Positions 63,414 through 64,000 of a stretch of 64,000 nt of DNA are shown here, piece by piece; position 1 is the stretch's first letter; each line of letters begins with the position of its first letter. The stretch covers positions 352,001-416,000 of the forward strand of contig JAPSGB010000003.1 in NCBI GenBank assembly GCA_035063585.1, read 5' to 3'. The position numbers and the translations under genes were made by a program. The stretch is from Polyangiaceae bacterium. GTDB taxonomy: Bacteria > Myxococcota_A > Polyangia > Polyangiales > Polyangiaceae. The notes under the pieces are model-generated. The model worked only from the letters and a program-made list of their open reading frames with translations, did not search any database and was not told the origin of the DNA.

Positions 63414-64000
63414 ATGCTGAGAGTTCGAGCGTCGTGGTGGCGCGGCGCGCCCGCTGGTCGTGCGCTCGCGGGCGCGATCTCGCTCGGGGCAGTGGCGTGC
63501 GGCGCCGCCCCGACCGACGGAGATTTTCACGGAGAGGAGCCCATCGGCGAGGTCCGACAGGGCATAACGGTCGATCAAGCCGTCTCGGGTGGCTGCTCGA
63601 CCGCGACCGTGGCCGGGCTAAATCAGCAGATCATCGACGGGATGAACTGCCTCATCGCCGGTGGCGCGCTGAAGGAGGTCCCCGCGCGCTCGAACTTCAA
63701 GAAGGGCGGGACCACGCTCGCCTGGATGCAGCCCGCGGCGGTCGACGCGCTGGTGGCGGCGCTCGATGCGCGGCCGACCACCACGTTTACCGCGAACTCG
63801 ATGTTCCGCACGGTCGCCGCGCAGTACCTGCTCTATCGCTGGTACGAGGCGGGAAGATGCGGCATCCAGCTGGCGGCTCCCCCGGGCACCTCGAACCACG
63901 AGTCCGGGCTCGCGATCGACGTGCAGGAGTACTCTACCTGGCGGTCGACGCTCGAGGCGCGCGGCTTCGTCTGGCTCGGCAGCGGCGACGTGGTCCACTA
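63414..64000 (+). CDS. Peptidase M15 (VanY-like D,D-carboxypeptidase) lipoprotein (partial, runs off the window end)
   Basis: Not in the ORF track. Manual translation gives GAVAC lipobox, NSMFRTVAAQY, AAPPGTSNHESGLAID and DVVH. Confidence 0.8.
   Translation, partial: MLRVRASWWRGAPAGRALAGAISLGAVACGAAPTDGDFHGEEPIGEVRQGITVDQAVSGGCSTATVAGLNQQIIDGMNCLIAGGALKEVPARSNFKKGGTTLAWMQPAAVDALVAALDARPTTTFTANSMFRTVAAQYLLYRWYEAGRCGIQLAAPPGTSNHESGLAIDVQEYSTWRSTLEARGFVWLGSGDVVH

Overview
This is a very GC-rich, gene-dense chromosomal window, most consistent with a myxobacterium (Polyangiaceae/Sorangium-like). That call rests on Cys-rich secreted proteins, MYXO-CTERM-like tails, TSP3/OmpA proteins and sigma-54 systems. 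No prophage, integrase, transposase or CRISPR array is visible. Housekeeping genes are dnaK, tRNA-Ala(CGC), an RluA-family synthase, radC, xseB, murA-hisG and a beta-oxidation cluster. The rest is mostly lipoproteins and envelope proteins of unknown function. The most notable signals are: (1) a protein fusing a Cys/His zinc finger to a Bdellovibrio-type bacterial histone fold (50042-50581); (2) a putative sigma-54 operon coupling a small putative ssDNA-binding protein to a ComEA-like protein (30727-31797); (3) a USP-USP-kinase-kinase-sigma54 activator cluster whose globin sensor appears to have lost its heme ligand, with a GCGCA-N5-TGCGC box and a -24/-12 promoter ahead of the activator; (4) a SpoIVB/S55 protease coupled to a beta-propeller protein; (5) TANNNT hexamers 6-9 nt before many start codons, suggesting widespread leaderless transcription. 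All family calls come from reading motifs by eye; no database search was run.
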